Shown one piece after another: positions 1 through 8,481 of a stretch of DNA of 64,000 nt. The stretch's first letter is position 1, and each line of letters begins with the position of its first letter. A program made the position numbers and the translations under genes. Where the stretch lies: the IMG/VR virus record IMGVR_UViG_2974639878_000001, positions 164,596 through 228,595 of that record, one strand, 5' to 3'. Under the pieces are notes generated by a model. It searched no databases and was not told where the DNA came from. It saw nothing but the letters and a program-made list of their open reading frames with translations. The DNA comes from a virus.

Positions 1-176
1 ATTACATGTCATCGTTTCTCAGTTGACAGTGAGGGATCTACAAAAATTGGAATAGACTGACAATGGAGGTAATCATTAATCCCCTATTACAGAGATTAAT
101 CCTATAGAATGCCTAAGAATTTCAGTTGCAATCTTACATTCAAAAGGACTTATATCAATTAGTATATTGGACAATA

Positions 177-279
177 TGTTCTGGAGACGGATTAGGCGTC
201 TCACTCTTTTACTAAAAATTAGTAAACGCTTTTAGCCTCGGATTAAGAGACATTCCACTACATTTTAAGCTACAGACCT
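177..279 (-). ncRNA. Possible degenerate tRNA-like structured RNA with expanded D-loop
   Basis: In the ORF-free 1-310 region: AGGTCTG-TA-GCTT..AAGC-G-TTTAC..GTAAA-AGAGT-GAGAC..GTCTC-CAGAACA folds in cloverleaf order; acceptor stem imperfect, loops non-canonical. Confidence 0.3.
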
Positions 280-310
280 CAATACTTCCAATCATACTAA
301 ATTCTATACA

Positions 311-751
311 TTATATAGAAACTGTTTTACAAACTTTTGATAAAATAACATCATCAAAAGAATTCTTTGTTATTTGTTGCCACTTAATAGAAGAGGAATT
401 TGCATCTCTTACATATTTAGCATCTTTTGTAAATTGTACATACCTGACTATAGCAGATTTTCTTAAAACACAACTATAAATATTATAGATCAGTAATACA
501 TCACCATCACTAGCAAAGTCATTAGTTGATGATTGTATATGCACAATAGCAGGAACTGAGTAAACTAAAGGACGAATTTCAACAATAGCTTTAGGATTTA
601 CATAGTACTTATCTGTACTTGTTTCTCCAACTTTATACCATGACTTTTCAGCTGTCATTAATTCGATATCACTTTGTACTAATTCTGCATTAGCTTGGAT
701 TGTTGTAAATAAGGAACAAGCCATTAAAGCTAAAATATAAAAATATTTCAT
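311..751 (-). CDS. Secreted/periplasmic hypothetical protein
   Basis: N-terminal signal peptide with AxA site; C-terminal Cys pair. Confidence 0.6.
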   Translation of the reverse strand: MKYFYILALMACSLFTTIQANAELVQSDIELMTAEKSWYKVGETSTDKYYVNPKAIVEIRPLVYSVPAIVHIQSSTNDFASDGDVLLIYNIYSCVLRKSAIVRYVQFTKDAKYVRDANSSSIKWQQITKNSFDDVILSKVCKTVSI

Positions 752-1248
752 TATTTTAAATCCTTCTCTTCTATTAAGGTTATTCGTCTACATAATCCTT
801 GAGATTTATCTTTAGCATAAGTTTTAACTAATTTAAAATAAGATTTATTAGGAATCTTTGTAACTATAAATTCAAAGATTTTATTAAACCATATAGCTAA
901 ATATGCACATAAGATAAATATAAATATAATAGCTGAAAGAGTACCTACTACAAATTTAAATAAAAAACCCATTAATAAAAATGGATTAAAACTAGTTAAT
1001 TCTCTTGTATCAAAGATTGTTATTGTTTTAACAGCATAAACTAAGATTACACTACATAAGAATAAATAAAGAATAGCTTTCAGTAGTGTAGAAAATAATG
1101 TACAAACTGATCTTAAGCAACAAAGAGGAGACTTTGGGTTTTCTGGATCAAAACGAGTAACAATCCAACTTGTTAAGAAAAAGTTAGAACAAAAACAAAG
1201 AAATTTGTATGTCTTGCTATTAGCACTTAATTCAAAATTATCATTCAT
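751..1248 (-). CDS. Membrane protein (2 TM), likely start MNDNFEL
   Basis: Two hydrophobic segments; GAGG SD upstream of the internal ATG at 1248. Confidence 0.55.
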   Translation of the reverse strand: MNDNFELSANSKTYKFLCFCSNFFLTSWIVTRFDPENPKSPLCCLRSVCTLFSTLLKAILYLFLCSVILVYAVKTITIFDTRELTSFNPFLLMGFLFKFVVGTLSAIIFIFILCAYLAIWFNKIFEFIVTKIPNKSYFKLVKTYAKDKSQGLCRRITLIEEKDLK

Positions 1249-1393
1249 TATGGATGACCTCTTCCTACGATAGTTAAGAGAATCCATGCAAAGAAGCCTA
1301 AAGCACCACTTAGTACAAAACTTGCTATAATGATAAATTTGATAACACCTAACACATCTGATTTTGTCATGGAGTTTATCCTTAAAGGGAATA

Positions 1394-1451
1394 TATGTTT
1401 AAAGGATAGAAAGGAAACTGGAGCGAGAATCCTTTCTATCCTTTAAACATA
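1394..1451. repeat. 22-bp perfect inverted repeat (long hairpin)
   Basis: tatgtttaaaggatagaaagga (1394-1415) / tcctttctatcctttaaacata (1430-1451). Confidence 0.9.
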
Positions 1452-1454
1452 CAC

Positions 1455-2018
1455 TTAAAAATATTTAATAAATTTACTTAAGTGTTTCTTTTTTATTTTA
1501 AAAGAAGTACTTTCAATTCCACCAAACATTTGACAATTAGCTAGTATCTCTGCCCAAGCAGTTAAATACAAACTAAATCCTATCTCTGATTGAATTAGTT
1601 CTTGTGCTTTTTCATCACTTGCTTTTAATATATGGAAATCCATATCATGTTTAACAAGATCATGACCTATTAAGAGATGAGGAAAGAGTTGTTTATATAT
1701 CTCATATGACACTTGTGCATGATTGGGAAACTGTTGTTTACCTTCTTCATTTACAATTCTACAATAAGGCTTTCCTAAATCATGATAGATTTGATAATGC
1801 TTCATTGTTTCATAATCTAAGAGAGTAATCCAATTCTTTTTATATACTTCTATAAGGGATTCAGGAACACCTTCAGGTACTACTCCTTTTTCTAAAGAAA
1901 GTAATAGCTTTAAATATTCATTATTAACCATTAAACCATGTTGATACATATTGACATTTTCAAACTGATAACAGTTCTTCATATCTTTAAGTACCTTATC
2001 AAAAGTTAAGATCTCCAT
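1455..2018 (-). CDS. HD-domain phosphohydrolase
   Basis: H..YHDLGKP..FPNHA..KHDM motifs, as in HD domains associated with tRNA nucleotidyltransferase/PNK. Confidence 0.75.
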   Translation of the reverse strand: MEILTFDKVLKDMKNCYQFENVNMYQHGLMVNNEYLKLLLSLEKGVVPEGVPESLIEVYKKNWITLLDYETMKHYQIYHDLGKPYCRIVNEEGKQQFPNHAQVSYEIYKQLFPHLLIGHDLVKHDMDFHILKASDEKAQELIQSEIGFSLYLTAWAEILANCQMFGGIESTSFKIKKKHLSKFIKYF

Positions 2019-2329
2019 AACTGATATCTCCTCAATAATATTCTTTGGTCTTGAGTAAGAGGTTCAGTTCCGAACGCTGTGAGACCATAGTCCCAAGAAG
2101 GTTCGAAGAAAGATATAGTTTTGATACCTTTAGTTTCTAAATCTTTTATAGCTTTCTCTAATTGATATTGATTTTTAACACCAATCACTACTAAAGAACT
2201 AGGTTCAGATTGATCTCTGTCACCTAAATATATTCCTGCTTCTAAAGCAGCATGGCCAGCTTGAACTATTTGTTGTTCAACTGGAATATCTCTTCTAACA
2301 AACACATAAGTATGTTTTTTATTTTCATG
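2006..2329 (-). CDS. Peptidyl-tRNA hydrolase, Pth2-like
   Basis: VRRD...QAGHA..SLVV..F.EP...LTA motif set; the frame is open upstream of the listed ORF to an ATG at about 2329. Confidence 0.7.
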   Translation of the reverse strand, partial: HENKKHTYVFVRRDIPVEQQIVQAGHAALEAGIYLGDRDQSEPSSLVVIGVKNQYQLEKAIKDLETKGIKTISFFEPSWDYGLTAFGTEPLTQDQRILLRRYQLWRS

Positions 2330-2383
2330 AATCTAAGTCATTAATTTTTCTCTATAAGTTAATATAAATTTTTGTGAGTTTAA

Positions 2384-2602
2384 TTACTTATTCCAAGTCT
2401 TAAACAGTTTCAACACTTGAGGTTTAACTGAGTAAACAAAAGTACCATTAACAAACTTAGCATTAGTTAATTCATTCCAAAGCATAGTACTACTAAGATT
2501 ATTATTAACCATAAAATTATATAATTTTAAAACTTCCATATGTTCAGGAAGTTCACCATCTTTTTTAATTTGAGCTTTAATTCTGTTTAATACTTTACTC
2601 AT
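2384..2602 (-). CDS. Hypothetical protein
   Basis: 72-aa ORF with GGAGG SD. Confidence 0.6.
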   Translation of the reverse strand: MSKVLNRIKAQIKKDGELPEHMEVLKLYNFMVNNNLSSTMLWNELTNAKFVNGTFVYSVKPQVLKLFKTWNK

Positions 2603-2623
2603 GGTACCTCCTGTTTAAGATAC

Positions 2624-2748
2624 TGGCGTTGCCAACTGGGAGTCTAACCCTAATAGAACTTCAATATTATAACCATGTCTAGAATATTATAATATCGTCT
2701 ACAGCCTTTCTCCTTCGAATGGAGCTGTGCTACGTACACTATGACAAC
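2624..2748 (-). tRNA. Aberrant 125-nt tRNA, anticodon UCG (loop AUUCGAA), with ~50-nt hairpin insertion between anticodon and T arms; encoded CCA
   Basis: Acceptor GTTGTCA/TGGCAAC, G73, CCA; D arm GTGT-ACGTA-GCAC; anticodon arm GCTCC-ATTCGAA-GGAGA; T loop TTAGACT closed by GGG/CCC. Confidence 0.8.
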
Positions 2749-2752
2749 ATTG

Positions 2753-2826
2753 TGGTCCAAAATCTGAGATTCGAACTCAGACGCAGGGTTTTAGGGACCC
2801 CTGTGCTACCATTACACCAATTCTGG
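2753..2826 (-). tRNA. 74-nt tRNA with CUA anticodon (amber-reading type) and atypical C33; encoded CCA
   Basis: CCAGAAT/ATTTTGG acceptor, A73-CCA, GTGT-AATGGTA-GCAC D arm, GGGGT-CCCTAAA-ACCCT anticodon arm, CTGAG-TTCGAAT-CTCAG T arm. Confidence 0.9.
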
Positions 2827-2831
2827 AAAGG

Positions 2832-3044
2832 TTACTTCTCAGATGCAGCTAATATACCACAACAAAGAATTAAAGCTACAAACAAACTACCACCAAATTG
2901 GTAGAATGGTGTAGCATAAGAAGGAGTAAAATAGTTCGTAAAAGCAATAGCAACAATAGCACTAATAACTACTAGTAAAACCATAGCTATGATTATGCCT
3001 ACACCTATTAACATACCTTTAAGAAATTTCAATATGATTTTCAT
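2832..3044 (-). CDS. Small membrane protein
   Basis: Two hydrophobic segments. Confidence 0.6.
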   Translation of the reverse strand: MKIILKFLKGMLIGVGIIIAMVLLVVISAIVAIAFTNYFTPSYATPFYQFGGSLFVALILCCGILAASEK

Positions 3045-3187
3045 TTTGTTTTATCTGATCTAAAGTATCTTCTTCAGCTTGCATGTTTACAAATAATTTA
3101 ATCTGTTTTTGAAATATATCTTTCATATCATTTGAAACATTTTTAAAGTTAGGAATTGCTACAGGTTCATCATTCCAAATAGAATTT

Positions 3188-3418
3188 TTATTTGACATAA
3201 GCTAAAGCCTTAGTGATTGTAGATAAATGCATCTCTTCTACTTTTAATTTTAATTGTTTAATATCTTTTATTTCGTTAAAGAATTTAGAACGAATACCAG
3301 TAAAACTAAAAAGAGTTGTATCTTTAGTTGTTTTATCAATATGTACAAATCCAAAAGATGTTTGAGCTGTAAAACTTAAAGGAGATTCAATCCACTTTAT
3401 TTTAATAACTTGAGCCAT
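3188..3418 (-). CDS. Hypothetical protein
   Basis: ORF with SD in gene-dense run. Confidence 0.55.
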   Translation of the reverse strand: MAQVIKIKWIESPLSFTAQTSFGFVHIDKTTKDTTLFSFTGIRSKFFNEIKDIKQLKLKVEEMHLSTITKALAYVK

Positions 3419-3429
3419 ATAACACCTAA

Positions 3430-3855
3430 TTAACGATAGCTTATCATACCTAAAGATTTTAATTTTGAAATAATTGCACCTGAAGATCTTTTATGTAATC
3501 GAGCAATTTCTTCGATACTAAGTTTTTTATTAACCCATTCATCTCTTAAGGCTTTAACTTCTATAGTAGTCCATTCTGAGTATCCTCTATAATCAAAGTA
3601 ATGATTATATTGAGTAACTTCTCTATCTCTTTTTCGAGTTTGCTCTGGACTAGAATACATAGTTGGATAGTAATGTATTTCAGTTTTAATTGGATCAGGT
3701 AATCTATTTACTTTTCTATCTAATTCTTTTTTCAGCTCTTCTTTAAGTCTTTCTTCTGTTTCTAATAAGAGTTTTTTAAAGTTACATATAGTAATACTGA
3801 GGACTAGGAGGAAAATAGCTGTCATACCTACAACAGTAGCTATTAAATCATTCAT
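3430..3855 (-). CDS. Membrane-anchored protein with C-terminal HTH-like motif
   Basis: N-terminal TM; WT..E...L...SIEEIARLHKRSSGAIISKL. Confidence 0.55.
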   Translation of the reverse strand: MNDLIATVVGMTAIFLLVLSITICNFKKLLLETEERLKEELKKELDRKVNRLPDPIKTEIHYYPTMYSSPEQTRKRDREVTQYNHYFDYRGYSEWTTIEVKALRDEWVNKKLSIEEIARLHKRSSGAIISKLKSLGMISYR

Positions 3856-4032
3856 ACTTGATTCCAAAACAATAAGAAAGAAATATTAAAAAGACAAGGT
3901 AAAAACCTATATTACATATAATTAATTGAATTATTAATGAGAAGTTAATCTTAGGAGCAGAATTAATCATACCTAGTGTACAAACACAACAACCTAGTAA
4001 TGATAGATAATGAATTACTTCATACATATAAA

Positions 4033-4124
4033 TTCTCTTTAAAGATGGATAGGACAGAAGGAAAGGTAAAACACGAAAAACAACAACACAGGAGATATGT
4101 AATCCTATCCATCTTTAAAGAGAA
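4033..4124. repeat. 22-bp perfect inverted repeat
   Basis: ttctctttaaagatggatagga (4033-4054) / tcctatccatctttaaagagaa (4103-4124). Confidence 0.9.
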
Positions 4125-4564
4125 CGTAAAGGAGTTTTAATGAGACTATTAATATTCTTCACCATCATCATTACTCTCCTTTAAATTTTCTTCTAATTCT
4201 TGAATACCTTCATTGATATGCTCTTCATCATCTAATTCATAATCTTTCTTAGAATTAGAATGAATCGAAGATTTATTAAAGGTATTCATATGCTTTGCTA
4301 TAAAGTTATTTTTCATAAGGAATAAATTTCCAACGATCTAACTTTCCATAATATTGCAACTGATGATTCTCTAGAATATAGACAAAGCCAGAATCTTCTT
4401 TTTCACATTTATTTAAAAAAGATTGAATAGTTTTTGAACTTATAACTTTAGAAGGAATCTTACAATAATGAGCATTGTCATAATAACGATAGAAATGTAA
4501 TTGTGGTTTTGAATAAATAACTTCATCATAAACACAATCTAACATTTCACTAAATAAGACAAAT

Positions 4565-5227
4565 TTAAACATTTACATTACTCAGTTTTTCTATTTCATT
4601 CATAACTCTACTAGGTGGAAGAGTTAGTACTAATTTAAAGTATTTTCTACAAGCTTTTAAAGTTTTAGGATGAATACTAAAATTCAATCTAGAAGCGAAC
4701 CTATAGACTCTAAGAATTCTAAGATGATCTTCCAAAACCCTCTCTTCTGCTTTGCCATTAAAACGTATTACCTTATTGTTAAGATCATTCAACCCTTGTT
4801 TAGTTGGATCAAGTAATGTATTAGAAAATGGATCATAGTAGAGAGAATTAATAGTAATATCACGTCTAATAGAATCTGTTTCAATTGTTCCTATTGAAAC
4901 AGTTTCAGGTCTTCTTCCGTCTGTATAAGTACCATCTTTACGGAACAAAGCAACTTCATATTGCTTTCCATGTTTAGAAGCAATTAACACTAAGAAAGAC
5001 TTTCCAGCTTCATTAATATCCCAACCATTTTCTAGTAAAGATGATTCAATATTATCCAAGTTTCCATCTGTTACTAAATCAAAATCGTTAGGAATATCAC
5101 CTAATAATAAATCTCTAACACAACCACCAACTAAATATGTATTAGTGGAATGATTATTAATAATGAGAAAAAGTTGAAGAAGAGTTAAATCAGAGACAAT
5201 AGGACGAGTATTCATATTATTGACCAA
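4565..5227 (-). CDS. tRNA nucleotidyltransferase (CCA-adding / poly(A) polymerase class II, compact)
   Basis: YLVGGCVRDLLLG, DFD, RRDITINSL, EDHLRILRVYRF motifs. Confidence 0.92.
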   Translation of the reverse strand: MVNNMNTRPIVSDLTLLQLFLIINNHSTNTYLVGGCVRDLLLGDIPNDFDLVTDGNLDNIESSLLENGWDINEAGKSFLVLIASKHGKQYEVALFRKDGTYTDGRRPETVSIGTIETDSIRRDITINSLYYDPFSNTLLDPTKQGLNDLNNKVIRFNGKAEERVLEDHLRILRVYRFASRLNFSIHPKTLKACRKYFKLVLTLPPSRVMNEIEKLSNVNV

Positions 5228-5296
5228 AAATTCCTAAGAGGGTATTACAAATACATAGTACTACTACAATAATACAGATATACTTTGCTGGCATTC

Positions 5297-5938
5297 TTAA
5301 ACCTTTATGAAAAAACGTATAGTGCTATTACCTTGAGGATCTGGAGTCATCCAAAAATCTGCTTTTATATCAGGAAATAACTTAACAATTGCTTCTAAAA
5401 TAGATTTTGCTTTTTGATTACGAGCTTCAATATTTCTTATTTGAGAATCAGATGAAATACGTACATCCCACATGTTATATACATTATTCCAAACTAATTT
5501 AATCAGTCGTTCCGTATCTAAACCATAAAGATGAAATAGACTTACTAATTGATAACGAGTTACTTTTGCAAATTTATCTTCTTCTTGGTAAGTCCAAGGA
5601 GTAACTGGAGAGAAAAATTGATAATGTTGTTTCTCACTAATACGATAATTACATTTAGATACATCTTTAACTAAAGTTAGTAGATTTTCAATGTCAATTG
5701 TATCGTAGTTAACTCTTTGTCGTAGTACTATTGGTTTAGACCGAACTTGTTCAATTTCAACAATTTTATAATAATTATCAAACATATGATAAAGTTTACA
5801 TACAAATTCAACATCGCCAATAGTAATAACATTAAGTTCAGATGTATTAATTACATATGAAGCTTTAATAATCCAAGTACCATCTTCACATTTAATTACA
5901 CTTGACATGCATTTAGAAGAGTATGAAAGACTACTCAT
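5297..5938 (-). CDS. Hypothetical protein
   Basis: 213-aa ORF overlapping the upstream gene. Confidence 0.55.
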   Translation of the reverse strand: MSSLSYSSKCMSSVIKCEDGTWIIKASYVINTSELNVITIGDVEFVCKLYHMFDNYYKIVEIEQVRSKPIVLRQRVNYDTIDIENLLTLVKDVSKCNYRISEKQHYQFFSPVTPWTYQEEDKFAKVTRYQLVSLFHLYGLDTERLIKLVWNNVYNMWDVRISSDSQIRNIEARNQKAKSILEAIVKLFPDIKADFWMTPDPQGNSTIRFFIKV

Positions 5939-6257
5939 AAATTGATCCTGACTCTATTACAGTATAGAAGTTAATATACGTATATAAGTTAAAGTTTGGA
6001 GGGAAAGACTTGTAAGAATCAAAAAATTCAGATCCACCATTCCCCTCTACTTTAACTCTAAATTTATTTAACAAAGTATGTAATCTTTTTTCAATAATTG
6101 AAACTTCTTTACGTTTTGCATAAACCCACCAACCACCTGATATCACTTTTCCATGTATACGAGACAATTGTTTAACCCGTTTATCCAGATTCTTTGTAAT
6201 ACCAATCTTAGTTAATTCTGGGTATTTTTCAAACATTAAGAAGTATAAAGTATACAT
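5931..6257 (-). CDS. GIY-YIG superfamily (T5orf172-like) nuclease
   Basis: LY..KIGITKNLDKRVKQL...EKRLH...SEFF. Confidence 0.8.
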   Translation of the reverse strand: MYTLYFLMFEKYPELTKIGITKNLDKRVKQLSRIHGKVISGGWWVYAKRKEVSIIEKRLHTLLNKFRVKVEGNGGSEFFDSYKSFPPNFNLYTYINFYTVIESGSIYE

Positions 6258-6258
6258 A

Positions 6259-7415
6259 TTAATAACCTAAGTCTTTAAATATTTTTCCTGAATCATAATC
6301 TTGAGCATCAAAATATTGTTTGCACTCTTTATGAAACTCTTTAAAATTTTGAAGAGTAGTATGTATTGGATTAAGTACAGTAAGAAGAGAAAGAACTGTT
6401 TGAAATTTAATTGTTTTAAAATTTAAAAGAGAGAGAAGTTGATTCACTTTCTTAAGGTCTTTCTCTTCACCATTCATTAAATCTTCAACAAACAGAATAA
6501 TTAAATATATTACTTGATCAGTTGTATATACTTCTTCTAATTGATTTAAAAGTGATGATCTTTTTCTTACAGATTTATTATCGTAATACAGTGAGTCCAT
6601 ATACATAGCTTCACTGTACGTTAACTCTATAGGAATATGAGAAAATTTACTCATACAGTTACTCACTATCTGAAACAATACCTATTAAAAATTCTATAGG
6701 AATTTGTTCAATGGTTTTTGAACGATTTTTTAAAACTACTAAAGCTTTTTCTTGATTAGCTGTTATAAGCAAACCTTGTAAACCCTTATGTAAGCCATTA
6801 TAAGGACGAACTAAAGCAACTAATTGATGCCCATAAATATCTTTTAATTTCATTTAATAGATTGATACCACTTAGCTATTTTACCAGTGTGCCATAAATA
6901 ATAAATGATTAAAGATAGAATGCCTGCACCACATAAAGTACAAATCATTCCTACAGTAACAACACTATACAATAAATATGTATGTTCTTGAGATACTGGG
7001 GCTTTCTTATCAGCAAGAATAAATCCAATTGAAAGTAAGCTTACAACAAGAAGAAATAATATAAACATTATTCAACTCCTTTAAATATTTTAAAACTATC
7101 TAGAATTAACAAAGATTCTGAAGGAATACTAAATTCAGTAAACTCAATTCGATTTTCTTTGAAATATTCATAAGTGGACATGAAATTGTTTAAGACAATC
7201 CAAGCAGAGTAAAAACTATCTGCACTTCCAAAATGATCAACATAATGCTGAAAGTAATGAAAGAAAAACTTATTATCATCAACAGTTAATGGAAGCTTTA
7301 AAGTATTTAAAGGTACTTGAAGATTGTTTAAAGATTCGTATAAAGACGTATAGACATCAATAAGTTGTCTATACGTCTTATCTACGACTAATACACTTAA
7401 AGTGACATTAATCAT
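6259..7415 (-). CDS. Four small hypothetical genes (6259-6678, 6659-6853, 6850-7068 membrane, 7068-7415)
   Basis: Overlapping/abutting ORFs on the coding strand. Confidence 0.55.
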
Positions 7416-7911
7416 CTACAGCCTTTTTCTTTTTACACTTACCTGTAAAGTTATTAAGCTTACTATCATGAACATATTCAAGTGCAACTTCACCACCTTT
7501 ATGTACAAAGGTAGCAACTTTACGGAATGGAGCTACTTTTTCAAACTTCTTGATACGTGCGTAAGCTTTAGCAGCTGAACGAGTAACAGGAATTGGTTGA
7601 GAATAAGTATTAGCTACTTGTGAAAAATGTTCTACAGATTTAATAACAATTACTTGACCTTTACTATTTAAGTAAGGAACAAAAGTCATTGCATTACGTA
7701 ACGACTCTTTAACCCAGCCAAGTTTTGCTACAGGTTTAGTACGAATTTTACGAGAAGCAACACCAGCTAATGCTGTTACTGCTTGTTGATCGTTAGGGTG
7801 AGCCTTAAGATGCTTGGCTAATTTACGCTTAGCATTCTTAGAGAAATTACCTTTCATTGCATATGAAGTAAATTTTGCTTTACGGCCAGCACCAGGCTTA
7901 AGTTTAGACAT
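7408..7911 (-). CDS. Highly basic protein, probable nucleic-acid binder
   Basis: K/R-rich; highly-expressed-type codons (CGT, GCT, GGT). Confidence 0.6.
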   Translation of the reverse strand: MSKLKPGAGRKAKFTSYAMKGNFSKNAKRKLAKHLKAHPNDQQAVTALAGVASRKIRTKPVAKLGWVKESLRNAMTFVPYLNSKGQVIVIKSVEHFSQVANTYSQPIPVTRSAAKAYARIKKFEKVAPFRKVATFVHKGGEVALEYVHDSKLNNFTGKCKKKKAVDD

Positions 7912-8072
7912 TTCTTTAATCCTTTTTTGGAAATTAATTGAAATAAAAAGAGAAATACACAGAGAAGTTTTAATTAGTCTTCAGAATTATCAATCACAAT
8001 TGAAGCATAGTAATCTAAGCGACTATTGATCTCACTAATACTTTGAGCTAATACAGTTAATTTAAACATTAG

Positions 8073-8474
8073 TTATCCTTTAATAACACTTGTCATTTTT
8101 ACATTTAATTCTACTTCAACCACATCATGATTTTCATAATAATGTACTAGTTGACGTAGAACAGGTTCAGGGATTGTTTCAAATACTCGTTCCTTAAATG
8201 TAGGAACTTGAGGAGTATATGTTTGATCTTTTGTTTTAGGAATTTCTTTAATAGGTGTCTTAGTTTTCTTAGCAAAAACATCTTTTGAAGAAAGCAACTC
8301 TTTAGTCAATGGAACAATTCCATTGATATGATCTTTATAACGTTCCCAGCGACCTTTATTATAAAGTTCATAACTATCTTTTTCTCTTTGACGAAAAATA
8401 GTTACAGTGTTCTTCTTTTGATTAAAGCGAACATGTGTAGAAGTCTCAGGAATAAATGTGTTACTTAAATTCAT
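8073..8474 (-). CDS. Hypothetical protein
   Basis: 133-aa ORF. Confidence 0.55.
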   Translation of the reverse strand: MNLSNTFIPETSTHVRFNQKKNTVTIFRQREKDSYELYNKGRWERYKDHINGIVPLTKELLSSKDVFAKKTKTPIKEIPKTKDQTYTPQVPTFKERVFETIPEPVLRQLVHYYENHDVVEVELNVKMTSVIKG

Positions 8475-8481
8475 TTTAGAA

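Noticed and set aside
2790..2796. Reading the 74-nt tRNA as Arg(CCU)
   Set aside because: That register breaks the anticodon stem; the 5-bp stem centres the loop on CUA.
2719..2904. + strand 61-aa ORF
   Set aside because: Antisense to the two tRNAs; spurious.
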